Assembly: GCF_018350175.1 (NCBI RefSeq)
Contig: NC_058368.1
Span: 83,330,001 to 83,394,000, forward strand
DNA from: Felis catus
Lineage: Eukaryota
Reading direction: 5' to 3'
Length of the DNA stretch: 64,000 bases
Under the pieces are notes generated by a model. That model searched no databases and was not told the origin of the DNA. It saw only the letters and a program-made list of their open reading frames with translations. Below are positions 1 to 11,680 of this stretch, one piece after another. Numbering within the stretch: position 1 is the first letter of the stretch; each line of letters begins with the position of its first letter. The position numbers and the translations under genes are program-made.

Positions 1-50
1 GTCCTCTTATGTCTTTTCTTACAGTCTTTGTTTTAAAGCCTACCTTGTCT

Positions 51-270
51 GGGGCGCCTGGGTGGCTCAGTTGGTTTAGCAGCTGACATTGGCTCGGGTC
101 ATGATCTCATGGTCATCATCTCGCACTGGACTCTGTGCTGACAGCTCAGAGCCTTGAGCCTGATTTGGATTCTGTTTCTCCCTCTCTCTCTCTCTGCCCC
201 TCCCCTGCTTGTACTCTGCCTATCTCGTCTCTCAAAAATAATTAAAAACAAGCATTAAAAAATTTTAAAT
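51..270 (+). mobile_element. SINEC (CAN-SINE), older
   Basis: ggggcgcctgggtggctcag head, CT-rich tract, A-tail; flanking ctaccttgt repeat. Confidence 0.9.
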
Positions 271-2689
271 TCTACCTTGTTGTATAGAAGTATTGTTAAT
301 CTGGTTATCTGTTGACATTGTTTTGAATTATAGATGTCTCTCTATCTTCTCACTTTCAATCTGCAGGTGTTTTTATGTCTAAACTGGATGTCTTGATGGC
401 AGAATATAGATGGGTCTTGTTTTTTTTATCCATTCTGTCACCCCATGTCTTTTAATTGGAACATTTAACCCATTTACATTGAGAGTAATTAATGATAGAT
501 ATGCATTTATTGTCATTTTATTACATTATTTGTGTTTGTTTCTGAAAATTTTCTCTGATCTTTTCTTTCTCCCTTTTGTGGTTTGCCAATTTTCTTTAGT
601 AACAAATATACCTGGATTTTTTACTCTTTATTCATTTCATATTACTGGTTTTTGAGATACAGTTACTGTTAGGTTTGTGTATAACCTCTTGCACATATAT
701 CAATCTACATTAAATTGATGGTCATTTAAGTGTGAACCCGTTATTTACTCCCCCTACCCCAAGTTCTAGGAATATGTTACTTTATTTTATATACTTTTTT
801 GTAAGTTTCTTGACTGATTTTTACAGAAATATTCATTTTTATTTCTTTTGTGTTTTATACCTCTATACTGTCACTTCTGATGTCTCCTTTTACTCTTAAA
901 GTATCTCTTTTATTATTTCTTATAGAGCTTGTTTAGTGGGCATGAAGTCCTTTAGATTTTGTTTGTCTAGAAATTCTTTATCTCTCTTTCTATTCTGAAT
1001 GATAGCCTTCCGGGATACAGTATTCTTGGCTGTACTTTTTTTCCCATTTAGCATTTTGAATACATCATGCCACTCACTTCTGTCTTGCCAAATTTACGTT
1101 GCAAGATGTGTAGCTAGCCAGGGTCTTACCTTGTAAGTTAAGAATTTCTTTTGTCTTTTGTTTTTAATTTTTTTTTTAATTTACCACTATATTTTGCAAA
1201 TCTAATTACAATATGCCTTGATGTTGTTGTTGTTTTTTTAATTCTGTTGGGGGTCTTCTGTGACTTCTGGATCTGAATATTTGTTTCCTTCCCAAGATTT
1301 GAGAAGTTTTCAGCTATTATTTATTCAAATAAATGTTCTTTTCTCTTTCTCTCTCTTCTTCTTTTGGGACTCCTATAATAGGAATATTATTATATTTGAT
1401 GGAATCACTGAGTTTCCTAAGTCTATTCTGTTCCATAATTATTTTCTCTTTCTTATGTTCAGCTTGATTATTTTCCATTATTCTGTCTTGTAGGTCACTA
1501 ATTCATTTCTCTACCTCTTCCATCATCCATCTGTTCACATGTTCATTCCATCAAGTATGTTTCTCATTTCATTTATTGTGCTCTTTATCTCTAATATATT
1601 ATTCCTTATCTCTGTATTATGGGTCTCACTCAGGTCCCCTAGTCTTTTCTAAGTCTAGGGAGTATTCTTATGATCACTGGTTTAATGCTCTATCAGGCAT
1701 GTTACTTGTATCTCTTTCACTTAGATCTGAATGTGGCCTTGTTCTGTTCTTTCCTTTGTGATCAATTTTTTTGCCTCCTCATTTTGTCTGCTTCTCTTTG
1801 TTTCTGTGTGTTAACAAGACCATGTATTCTTTCTGCCCTTAAACTTAGTGACTCTATGAAGAAGTCATGGAATGTTGTGCAGTGCAGTGTCCAGAACCAG
1901 AACCTGGCACTTCAGGAGAGTATCCTATGTGTGTTTCTTGGACCATGCTATCATGTCTGAGTCAATTTACTTTCAGTTCAGTCATCTGCACTGATCCCCT
2001 GTCTGCTGTGGGCTGTGCTAGCTCTTTGCAGTGTTAGTGGGACACAGATAGGCCAGCTCTGGGAAGGCATGACCAGTGAGGAACTTAGTAGGGCAGGCAT
2101 GTTACCAAATTTGTGCTGGGCTTCTCTTTCTTTGCAGCATCCTATGAAGTTCTCAGGCAGTGGGGTAGTGGAGTCAGGCAGGTGGGTTGGTGAGGCAATT
2201 GGACCAGGCAAGGTGGCTGGGCATGGTTCATAATGCACCTGACAGCTGTTTGTGCTTCATGATGGTGTCTGGGTGCGTGTGAATGGGTGAAACATGCAAG
2301 TGTGTCTCAGGATGCAAAGACGGGCATGGAGTGGTGAATGTGCATGATGTACAGTGGTGTCAGTGGACTCATTGTTTTAACAAAATTTGCACTAAGCCCA
2401 AAGTCTAAGGAAGCAGGCTTGGAGTGGGTAAGTCCTCAGAAGAAATCATGGGCATGGCACTGTGTTAGTGAGTTAGGTAGCAAGTATCTGTGTAGCTCTG
2501 TGTTCCACAGGTGGCTCTGTGCTTATGTTGGCAAACAGAGGAGAAAATAGTGCCTGCCCTCATTTTGGAAGAACTTTCCAAACTTGCTCAGAAATCAGTA
2601 TGAACAGATTTGTTTCCTGTTTGCTCCCTCCATTGTGTAAACTGACATTTTTTTTAATGTTGCCTCTCTGCAAAGGCTGCTGCCATTTT

Positions 2690-2890
2690 AATTTTTTTTT
2701 AACTTTTATTCATTTTGAGACATAGTACAAGTAGAAGAGGGGCAGAGAGAGAGGGAGACATAGAATCTGAAGCAGACTTCAGGATTTGAGCTGGCAGCAC
2801 AGAGCCCAACATGAGATCCAACCCCAGGAGCCATGACATCATGACCTGAGCTGAAGTCAGATAACCAACTGAGTCACACAAGAGCCCCAG
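2690..2890 (-). mobile_element. SINEC, older
   Basis: Reverse SINEC body with GA tract; flanking ggctgctg repeat. Confidence 0.85.
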
Positions 2891-3910
2891 GCTGCTGTCT
2901 TCTTAAGGGTGGTGACCCAGCTATCACTGCCCTCCCTGTTGAACCAGTGCTGTGTCAGCTGACCTCCGAAGCTCCAGGTTTCAAGTCCCACTGGTTTTAC
3001 AAAAGAGGGGATTCAACCCCTCTTTTTATTTCAAACCAAATGCTATGGGGATTAGTCTTCCCCATGTGAGCTCCCTGGTTCAAGGACACGTTTCTCTGTC
3101 CTCTCTGTATGCAGAGCTCCCTCCCTTCTGCTAGCAACCTCCCTCTGTCTTTCTGACCTTTCAAATACAGCTTCTTGTCTATATTTAGTTGTGGAGTTTG
3201 TTCTGCCAGTCTTTGGGCCACTATCCAATTTATTGACTTTGATGTGGATGACATCTAGTTGAAATCATGGGATGAGGTGAGCTCAGGGTCCTCCTACTCT
3301 TCTATCTTCCCAAACTCCTCCAATGTTTATCCATTTCTAATGCAGGTAAAGCTGCATTCATGACCTTGTAGTTTTGTGAAGTTTTGAAACATAATTTTGC
3401 CTTCCAAAATATGTCTAAATGGTTTTACAAACTTGCTCAAAAATCAGTGATTAGTGAACCTATAATTTCCTTAATTTGAGCTTGCAAGACAAGGGTCATG
3501 CTACTGAGGGATTATGAGGTGAGTCTGATTTTAGTATACCCTCACAACCACCTATTTTAACTCCATAAAATGTGTAGGGAAGAGGTTGCCCTGAGACCAA
3601 CTCAGTTTATCTATTAAATTTCCACTAGACATTAAAGTACTGAGTAGAGATAAATTATTTATGTTTTAACTTCCTACTTCAGCAAGGCACTCTCTAAACT
3701 AAAAAATAGTGAAACTAGTTCAGTTTCTCAAAGTACTTCACAATTTTTTCCTGAAGTCAGTAAGGACAGAAATAAAACTGCTAACACTAAGCCAATTTTC
3801 ATAAAAAATATAATAAAATAAATTAGAGCAATAGGCCTGAAAAATTGTAAACAATTTTAAAGTAGATTCTGTATGTTTAAGATAGAATTTCAGTAGAAAT
3901 GGACCATATA

Positions 3911-4134
3911 GGGGCGCCTGGGTGGTGCAGTCGGTTAAGCGTCCGACTTCAGCCAGGTCACGATCTCGCGGTCCATGAGTTCGAGCCCCGCGTCAGGCTC
4001 TGGGCTGATGGCTGGGAGCCTGGAGCCTGTTTCCGATTCTGTGCCTCCCTCTCACTCTGCCCCTCCCCCGTTCATGCTCTGTCTCTCTCTGTCCCAAAAA
4101 TAAATAAACGTTAAAAAAAAAATTAAAAGAAAAA
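3911..4134 (+). mobile_element. Young felid SINEC (SINEC_Fc-like)
   Basis: CpG-rich body; perfect 16-bp TSD agaaatggaccatata at 3895-3910 and 4135-4150. Confidence 0.97.
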
Positions 4135-4850
4135 AGAAATGGACCATATAAGTTAAAATACTTTAATCACTGAGAATATTAGAATATGAAACTCTATGAT
4201 AAAAAGCAGGATATAAAAGAAAATAATAAAAAATTTAAAAAATAAGTTAAAAAAATATAAAGCATGCTATTTATAGCATGTTATAATGCAACTATAATTG
4301 CATGTTATAATGTAATTTGCATTAATATAAGCAGAAAATTTAAAAAGTATTCATTAATCTGTTGATCCTGAAAATTCAGCAATCATCCAGAAGCACAGGA
4401 AATCCTCAGACTTAAGACATTGAAACGAAAAAAGGCACAGATATCAGAACTGTCAGTTATAAAATTTAGATTTTATTTAATATATTTAATATAAAATATG
4501 TAAAACCTGAAAAAATACATATTTAATATAGTGCTCACCATATCCTAAACAACTCCAAAATAAATATTTTTATTTTGATATTTTTATTTCAACTATTAAA
4601 AATATGTATGTTCATTGAAGTTCTGTAACCCTGAGGGATCTTCTCAAAGTTCTCAGAGATAGCAATTTCTCTTTGGTTGATATGTATGTTGTCTATTTTT
4701 GAATTATTATTGCAAATGTATTTATTCATTTAATAATTTGTGATATATATTTCCCATTAATTGTATCTCTTTGATTATTTGTAACATATCTTTTTCTTTC
4801 AATTGCATTTTTGAAATATGCCCAATAAATTGATTAAAATTAATCGTGTT

Positions 4851-5069
4851 GGGGCGCCTGGGTGGCGCAGTCGGTTAAGCGTCCGACTTCAGCCAGGTCA
4901 CGATCTCGCGGTCCGGGAGCTCGAGCCCGCGTCGGGCTCTGGGCTGATGGCTCAGAGCCTGGAGCCTGTTTCTGATTCTTTGTCTCCCTCTCTCTCTGCC
5001 CCTCCCCCGTTCATGCTCTGTCTCTCTCTGTCCCAAAAATAAATAAACGTTGAAAAAAAAATTAAAAAA
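4851..5069 (+). mobile_element. Young felid SINEC
   Basis: CpG-rich body; TSD aaaattaatc(g/a)tgtt at 4836-4850 and 5070-5084. Confidence 0.97.
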
Positions 5070-5441
5070 AAAATTAATCATGTTAATCTAAATTTCTATT
5101 TTCCTGTAGATAAACATCATTCTTTTTTTTTCATGTTTACGATAGTGTTTATACATAGTGTACACTTTTATTCATGCATAATCACCTGGGTATATTTCTC
5201 AAAGTGGAATTCCTAGGTTATAGGGTAAGAATTTTAGCAATATTATGGCACATTAATAAATTATTTCTTAAAGTGTTTTTAGTAATTTACTGTGTCACCA
5301 TTATTTTCCTCCATTTATTTATTTTTTTCATTTAACAGATATTAATGATGTACCATACATAGACCTCATCATATCTGAGGATAATAAAAAACAAAATAGC
5401 TCATGTTTTATCTTCCTAGTGGCATAAAACAGACAACAAAT

Positions 5442-5681
5442 GGGGCGCCTGGGTGGCGCAGTCGGTTAAGCGTCCGACTTCAGCCAGGTCACGATCTCGC
5501 GGTCCGTGAGTTCGAGCTCCGCGTCAGGCTCTGGGCTGATGGCTCGGAGCCTGGAGCCTGTTTCCTGTATCTGTGTCTCCCTCTCTCTTTGCCCCTCCCC
5601 CGTTCATGCCCCTCCCCCGTTCATGCTGTGTCTCTCTCTGTCCCAAAAATAAATAAATGTTGAAAAAAAAATTAAAAAAAA
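5442..5681 (+). mobile_element. Young felid SINEC with internal 17-bp duplication
   Basis: TSD agacaacaaat; gcccctcccccgttcat repeated at 5591-5624. Confidence 0.96.
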
Positions 5682-5987
5682 AGACAACAAATAGGACAAT
5701 ATGGTCATGTGATGTCATCATGTTAGAAACACATATATATAACATAAAGCAAATGAGTCAGGTAATAAGAACTTCCATTTCTCAGTGCCTGCATATAAAC
5801 AAGTGTTGTGTCCAGAGTATTAATCTTTCAGGTGGGACTGAATATATGCTACCAAGATTCCTTCAGGAACCCAGGATATTAAAACTCTTTGTTGCCCTTT
5901 CTGTCATTTTGCTTACTTGAATCTGCTTATATTTGCCATTATAGGTGAACTTAATAAAATATCTAAAATTAAGTATAATATACATAT

Positions 5988-6190
5988 AGATTCTTAACTA
6001 GAGAACAAACTGATGGTTATCAGTGGAGAGGTTAGTGGGGGGGGGGTGGGCTAAATAGGTAATGGGGATTAAGGAGAGCACTTGTGAAAAGCACTGGATG
6101 TTGTATGTGAGTGTTGAATCACTAAATTGTACACCTGAAAGTAATATTGTTCTATATATTAACTAATTGAAATTTAAATAAACACTTAGA
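5988..6190 (+). mobile_element. Short L1 3'-end fragment (carnivore L1)
   Basis: gagaacaaactgatggtt, G-rich tract, gttgaatcactaaattgtacacctgaaa, aataaa; similar to the L1 3' end at 13770-13970. Confidence 0.85.
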
Positions 6191-8947
6191 GAAAATGTTT
6201 ATATTATGCATGTCCATGTTCATTAAAAACTCATATTGCTTATTAAAATTTATAAAGAATTGAGAGTGAGGCTAAGGTGGCAGCATAGTAGCTGAACCCT
6301 AGGTTTTTCTCATCCCACAAACACAAGCATATAATTATCAATCATTCTGAATATCTCATAAATCACCCTGAATACTGACAGAGCAAACTCCATAACTAGA
6401 GGAAGAGAAGAGGACACTTGAGGAAAGTAGGAAGCACGGAAATGTGGTTTGAAAGAGAAATGAATTGTGGGGGGCTACAGAAGGGAGAGAGCCATGTTTG
6501 AAGAGAAAGGCAAGAAGGAGAAGAGCACAAGGGGAATGCAGAACATTGGCTGGGGAAATGAGAGGGAGTGATTTTCATAAGTTTTTGTGACCAGCAGGGC
6601 ATGAAGACTAGAGGTTTGAAGGTCAGTGGGCCTGGCTAGGATACAAACCTGAGGGTGCTGCTCTACTCCTGGAAAGGAGACAGGGAAACAACCCAGGGAT
6701 AGGCCAAGTGGAAACAGTGATCTGGGTAATGCCTAGGAAATTCAGAGGGAAGAGTATCTTCTCTTTCAGCAGAGCGCCCCTGAAAGGCTGCATGCAGGGA
6801 GATGACTTTCTAGGGACAAAGGAGTGGGTTGGTGCCATTTCTCTTCCCTTCCCTTCAGCATAAATGAACTGCCTCCTGCAGAGTGCAGCTACACCTGACA
6901 CTGGCTGCTCAGGCTGCTTGCTCCAAGTCCCATACCCTTGTGCTCTGGCATGACTGACCTCAGTCAAATCTGCCTCAGTCCCACCACAGTGAGACTGTCC
7001 CCCAGAAGATCAGCACAGGCCCCTGAACACCCCATATCCCTATAACCTAAAGTTTTAAAAGAAAACAAACTTTGCTTGGAAAGACCCTAGAAGGCCTTGC
7101 ATGACTCCTGAAGAGAAGGCAGGCAAACAACCCAGAGTCAGACAGTGAAGAAACAGTGATCTAAAGAATACCTGGATACACAGTGGGGAGATTATTAGCT
7201 CTTCTCAGAGTGCTTCTTTGAGAGCAGTGGGCACAAAAACCAGTCTCCCTGAGCAACGGATCTGGCTGGCATCAAATCCTTCCCCCCGCTTCTGTATAAG
7301 CTCAGAGTCACCTTTGGTAAACAGTACAGTGCCCACACTAATCGCCTAACCTACTAACACCAAGTCTCACTACCCTACACTCTGCCAGTACTGCCCTTCT
7401 CAGTCAAGTTTGCCTCAGTTTCAGCACCATGGACTTCATCCCCAGAAAACCACCAGAATCACCTGACACACCATGTCTTCTGATCAGATAGTTCTGCAAG
7501 TCTGCAGTTCCAGTGGAAGTAGTATCAGGTCTCATTTAATAATCAGACCAGAACATATCTAGTTAACCACATTCTGGTCAAGTGGCCACTTCCACTTGGC
7601 CACTGCAGGCAAGAAGAACATGTTCCGACAATGGGCTTGAAGGATAGAGTAACCAAAACACATCAGTAGAGTTCACACAGCACATTTCAGAGACCCTTTC
7701 TGAAACACCAAACTCTGGACATTATATGACCTTTTATTTATAAAGGATTACTCTCAGGAGCAGGAAACATAACAAGCTTTTCTAACACAGAGAGGAAAAA
7801 ACAGACTTAAACATAATCCCATAAGGCTAGCTGCAGACTCTAACCAAAAAGTTGGCAAGGCAGAAGGAGTGAAACGATATATTCAATGGGATGAATAAGA
7901 AAACTCTGCAGCCAAGAATACTCTATCCAGAAAGGCTATCATTCATAACAAGAGAGATAGAGTTTCCCAAATAATAACCAAAAGAATATGTGACCACTAA
8001 ACCAGCCCTTAAGGTAATAAAAAGGGGGCCCTTTGAGCAGAGAGGGAAGACCAAAGGTGATAAAGACAAGACAGGAACAGAGAAAATTTCCAGAAACAAT
8101 AACAAAACAAGTAACAAATTGCACTAAATACATACCTATCAATAATTACTCTGAATGTAAATGAACTAAATACTCTAATTGAGAGACATCAGATGTCACA
8201 ATGGATAAAAAACAAGACCCATCTATCTGTTACTACAAGAAACTCATTTTACACCTAAAGGACACCTTCAGATTAAAATTGAGGGGATGGAGAAACATTT
8301 ACCATGCAAATAACATCAAAAGAAGACAGGAGTAGCAATATTTATATCACGCAAGCTAGATTTTAAGGCAAAGAATGTAACGACAGATGAAGAAGGACAC
8401 TATGTCATAATTAAAGGGACCGACCAACAAGAAGGTCTAACGATTGTGAATATTTATTCCCCCAACATTGGAGAACACGCATATATAAAAAAAATTAATA
8501 ACAAAAAACAAAGGAACTCACTGATAATAATACAATAATAGCAGGGACTTTCACACCACACTTACATCAATGGACAAAACATCTAAGCAGAAAATCAATA
8601 AGGAACAATGCCTTTAATTGACACACTGGACCAGATGGACTTAACAGGTATATACAGAATATCCCATCCTAAAAGAGCAGAATACCAATTCTTTTCAAGT
8701 GCACATGGGGCATTCTCTAGAATAAACCACATATTAGGTCACAAATCAAGCCTCAAAAAATACACAAAGTTTAAGATCATACCATGCATATTTTCTGACC
8801 ACAATGCTATGAAAATGGAAGTCAACCACAAGAAGGAAAAAAAAAAATTGAAAGACCACAAATACATGGAGGTTAATAGGCATTTTACTAAATAATGGAT
8901 GAGTTAAACTGGAAAGCAAAAAAGAAAATTAAAAATACACGGAAACA

Positions 8948-9152
8948 GGGGCACTTGGGTGGCTCAGTCAGTTAAGTTTCTGACTTCAGTTCAGGTCATA
9001 AGCTCGCAGTTTGTGAGTTCAAGACCCACTTCAGGCTCTGTGCTGACAGCTCAGAGCCTGGAGCTTGCTTCAGATTCTGTGTCTCCTTCTCTCTGCCCCT
9101 CCCCAGCCTGTGCTCTGTCTCTCTCAAAAATAAATAAGTATTAAAAAATTAA
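8948..9152 (+). mobile_element. SINEC inside L1 ORF2
   Basis: TSD aaaaatacac(g/a)gaaaca at 8931-8947 and 9153-9169. Confidence 0.93.
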
Positions 9153-9211
9153 AAAAATACACAGAAACAAATGAAAATGAAAACACAACAGTCCAAAACT
9201 TTTGGAATGCA

Positions 9212-9247
<36 letters not shown>
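9212..9247. repeat. (AAC)n microsatellite
   Basis: Direct reading. Confidence 0.9.
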
Positions 9248-10194
9248 AACCTGGCCCTAAGATGGGAATATTAGAGCAATACACCCCTACCTAAAGAAGC
9301 ACATAAGAAACTTAAATTTACACCTAAAGGAGTTAGGAAAACAAACAAACAAACAAACAAAAGAAATCTAAAGCCAGCATAAGAAGGGAAATAATAATAA
9401 AAATTAGAGCAGAAATAAAAGACAGAACTTAAAACAAAACAAACAAACAAAACATAGAACAGATCAACGAAACCAGGAGCTTTTTCTTTGAAAAAAATAA
9501 ACAAATAAACTGCCAAAATCCTAGATGACTTATCAAAAAAATAAGTGAAAGAACCCAAATAAACAAAATTACAAAGGAGTGCAGAGGAGGAAAAATAGCA
9601 CCCAAGGAATACCAACAGTTATGAGAATATTATGAAAAATATATGCCAACTAATTGGACAGTCTGTAAGAAATGGATAAATTCCTAGAAACATATAAACT
9701 ACCAAAATTGAAACAGGAAGAAATAGAAAACTTTAACAGACCTATAGCCAGCAAATGAATTGAATCACTAATCAAATCAAAACAAAACAGAACAAAACAA
9801 AATAAAAAACACCTCCTAACAGAAAGTCGTGGAACAGATGATTCCCTAGGGGAATTCTTTCAAACATTTAAAGAAGAGTTAATGCCAATCTACTCAAAGT
9901 AGACCAAAAACTAGAAACGGAAGCAAAATTTTAAAGTTCATTCTATGAGACCAGAATTACCCTGGCCAGGGTAAAACAAAACCAGACAAAGACTCTGAAA
10001 AGAGAACTACAGGCTAATAGCCTTCATGAACATGGATGTAAAAATTGTCAACAAAATACTAGCAAGTGAAATCCAACAGTACATTAGAAGATTCATATTC
10101 TATGATCAAATGGGATTTCTTCCTGGGCTTCAAGGGTGGTTCCATATTTGCAAATTAATAATTGTGATGCACCACATTAATAAAAGGAAGGATA

Positions 10195-11680
10195 GTGCTG
10201 GGATAACTGGACATCAACATGTAGAAAGATAAAACTAGACCACTTTCTTACAACATTCACAATAACAAACTCAAAATGGATAAAGGACCTAAATGTGAGA
10301 CAGGAAACCATCAAAACCCCAGAGGAGAAAGCAGGGAAAAACCTCTCTGACCTCGGCCGTGGCAATTTCTTACTTGACATATCCCCAAAGGCAAAGGAAT
10401 TAAAAGCAAAAATGAACTATTGGGACCTCATGAGGATAAAAATGTTCTGCACTTCAAAGGAAACAATCAACAAAGCTAAAAGGCAACCAACAGAATGGGA
10501 AAAGATATTTGCAAATGACATATCAGACAAAGGGCTAGTATCCAAAATCTATAAAGAGCTCACCAAACTCCACACCTGCAAAACAAATAATCCAGTGAAG
10601 AAATGGGAAGAAAATATGAATAGACACTTCTCTAAAGAAGACATCCAGATGGCCAATAGGCACATTAAATGATGCTCAACGTTGCTCCTCATCAGTAAAT
10701 ACAAATCAAAACCACGCTCAGATATCACCTCACGCCAGTCAGAGTGGCTAAAATGAACAAAACAGGAGACTATAGGTGCTAGAGAGGATGTGGAGAAACG
10801 GGAACCCTCTTGCACTGTTGGTGGGAATGCAAACTGGTGCAGCCGCTCTGAAAAACAGTGTGGAGGTTCCTCAAAATTTAAAAATAGACCTACCCTATGA
10901 CCCAGCAGTAGCACTGCTAGGAATTTTCCCAAGGGATACAGGAGTACTGATGCATAGGGGTACTTGTACCCCAATGTTTATAGCAGCACTTTCAACAATA
11001 GCTAAATTATGGAAAGAGCCTAAATGTCTATCAACTGATGAATGGATAAATAAATTGTGGTTTATATACACAGTGGAGTACTACGTGACAATGAGAAAGA
11101 ATGAAATATGGCCTTTTGTAGCAACATGGATGGAACTGGAGAGTGTTATGCTAAGTGAAATAAGTCAAACAGAGAAGGACAGATTCCATATGTTTTCACT
11201 CCTATGTGGATCCTGAGAAACTTAACAGAAGACCATGGGGGAGGGGAAGAAAAAAAAATGTTAGAGAGGGAGGGAGCCAAAACATAAGAGACTCTTAAAA
11301 ACTGAAAACAGGGGCGCCTGGGTGGCACAGTCGGTTAAGCGTCCGACTTCAGCCAGGTCACGATCTCGCGGTCCGTGAGTTCGAGCCCCGCGTCAGGCTC
11401 TGGGCTGATGGCTCAGAGGCTGGAGCCTGTTTCCGATTCTGTGTCTCCCTCTCTCTCTGCCCCTCCCCCATTCATGCTCTGTCTCTCTCTGTCCCAAAAA
11501 TAAATAAACGTTGAAAAAAAAAATTTAAAAAAAAAACTGAAAACAAACTGAGGTTTTATTGGGGTGGGAGGGAGGGGTGGGTGGGTGATGGGTACTGAGG
11601 GCACCTGTTGGGATGAGCACTGGGTGTTGTATGGAAACCAATTTGACAATAAATTCCATAATAAAAAAATAAAAAAAATA
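10195..11680 (+). mobile_element. 5'-truncated L1_Fc-like element inserted into the older L1
   Basis: Closely matches 61947-63226; TSD aataaaaggaaggata at 10179-10194 and 11681-11696. Confidence 0.95.
11311..11531 (+). mobile_element. Young felid SINEC in the 3'UTR of the nested L1
   Basis: TSD aaaaactgaaaaca at 11297-11310 and 11532-11545. Confidence 0.97.

Larger units (their letters stand above)
1..3320 (-). mobile_element. Older carnivore LINE-1, 5' part (5'UTR, ORF1, start of ORF2), degraded; runs off window start
   Basis: The reverse strand reads as an L1 5' end (ggagtttgggaagatagaagagtaggaggaccctgagctcacctcatcc at ~3270-3320), then ORF1-like (~900-1800) and endonuclease-like (~1-500) sequence with many stops. 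Confidence 0.85.

Noticed and set aside
3481..3524. Donor GAG|GTGAGT with a short open frame
   Set aside because: Only a poor GAG acceptor and 38 nt; expected by chance.
3911..3990. tRNA gene (A-box/B-box motifs)
   Set aside because: tRNA-derived SINE head followed by a CT tract, A-tail and TSD.
5310..5440. Strong-looking acceptor ttttttcatttaacag
   Set aside because: Resembles an L2 3'-end remnant, and no donor follows.
3899..5745. Family of similar short ORFs (GAPGW...VPKINK; GQRETEHERG)
   Set aside because: Translations of SINEC copies on either strand, not a gene family.
7579..7604. Short palindrome/inverted repeat aagtggccactt...ccacttgg
   Set aside because: Local scar inside an L1 5'UTR; too short to interpret.
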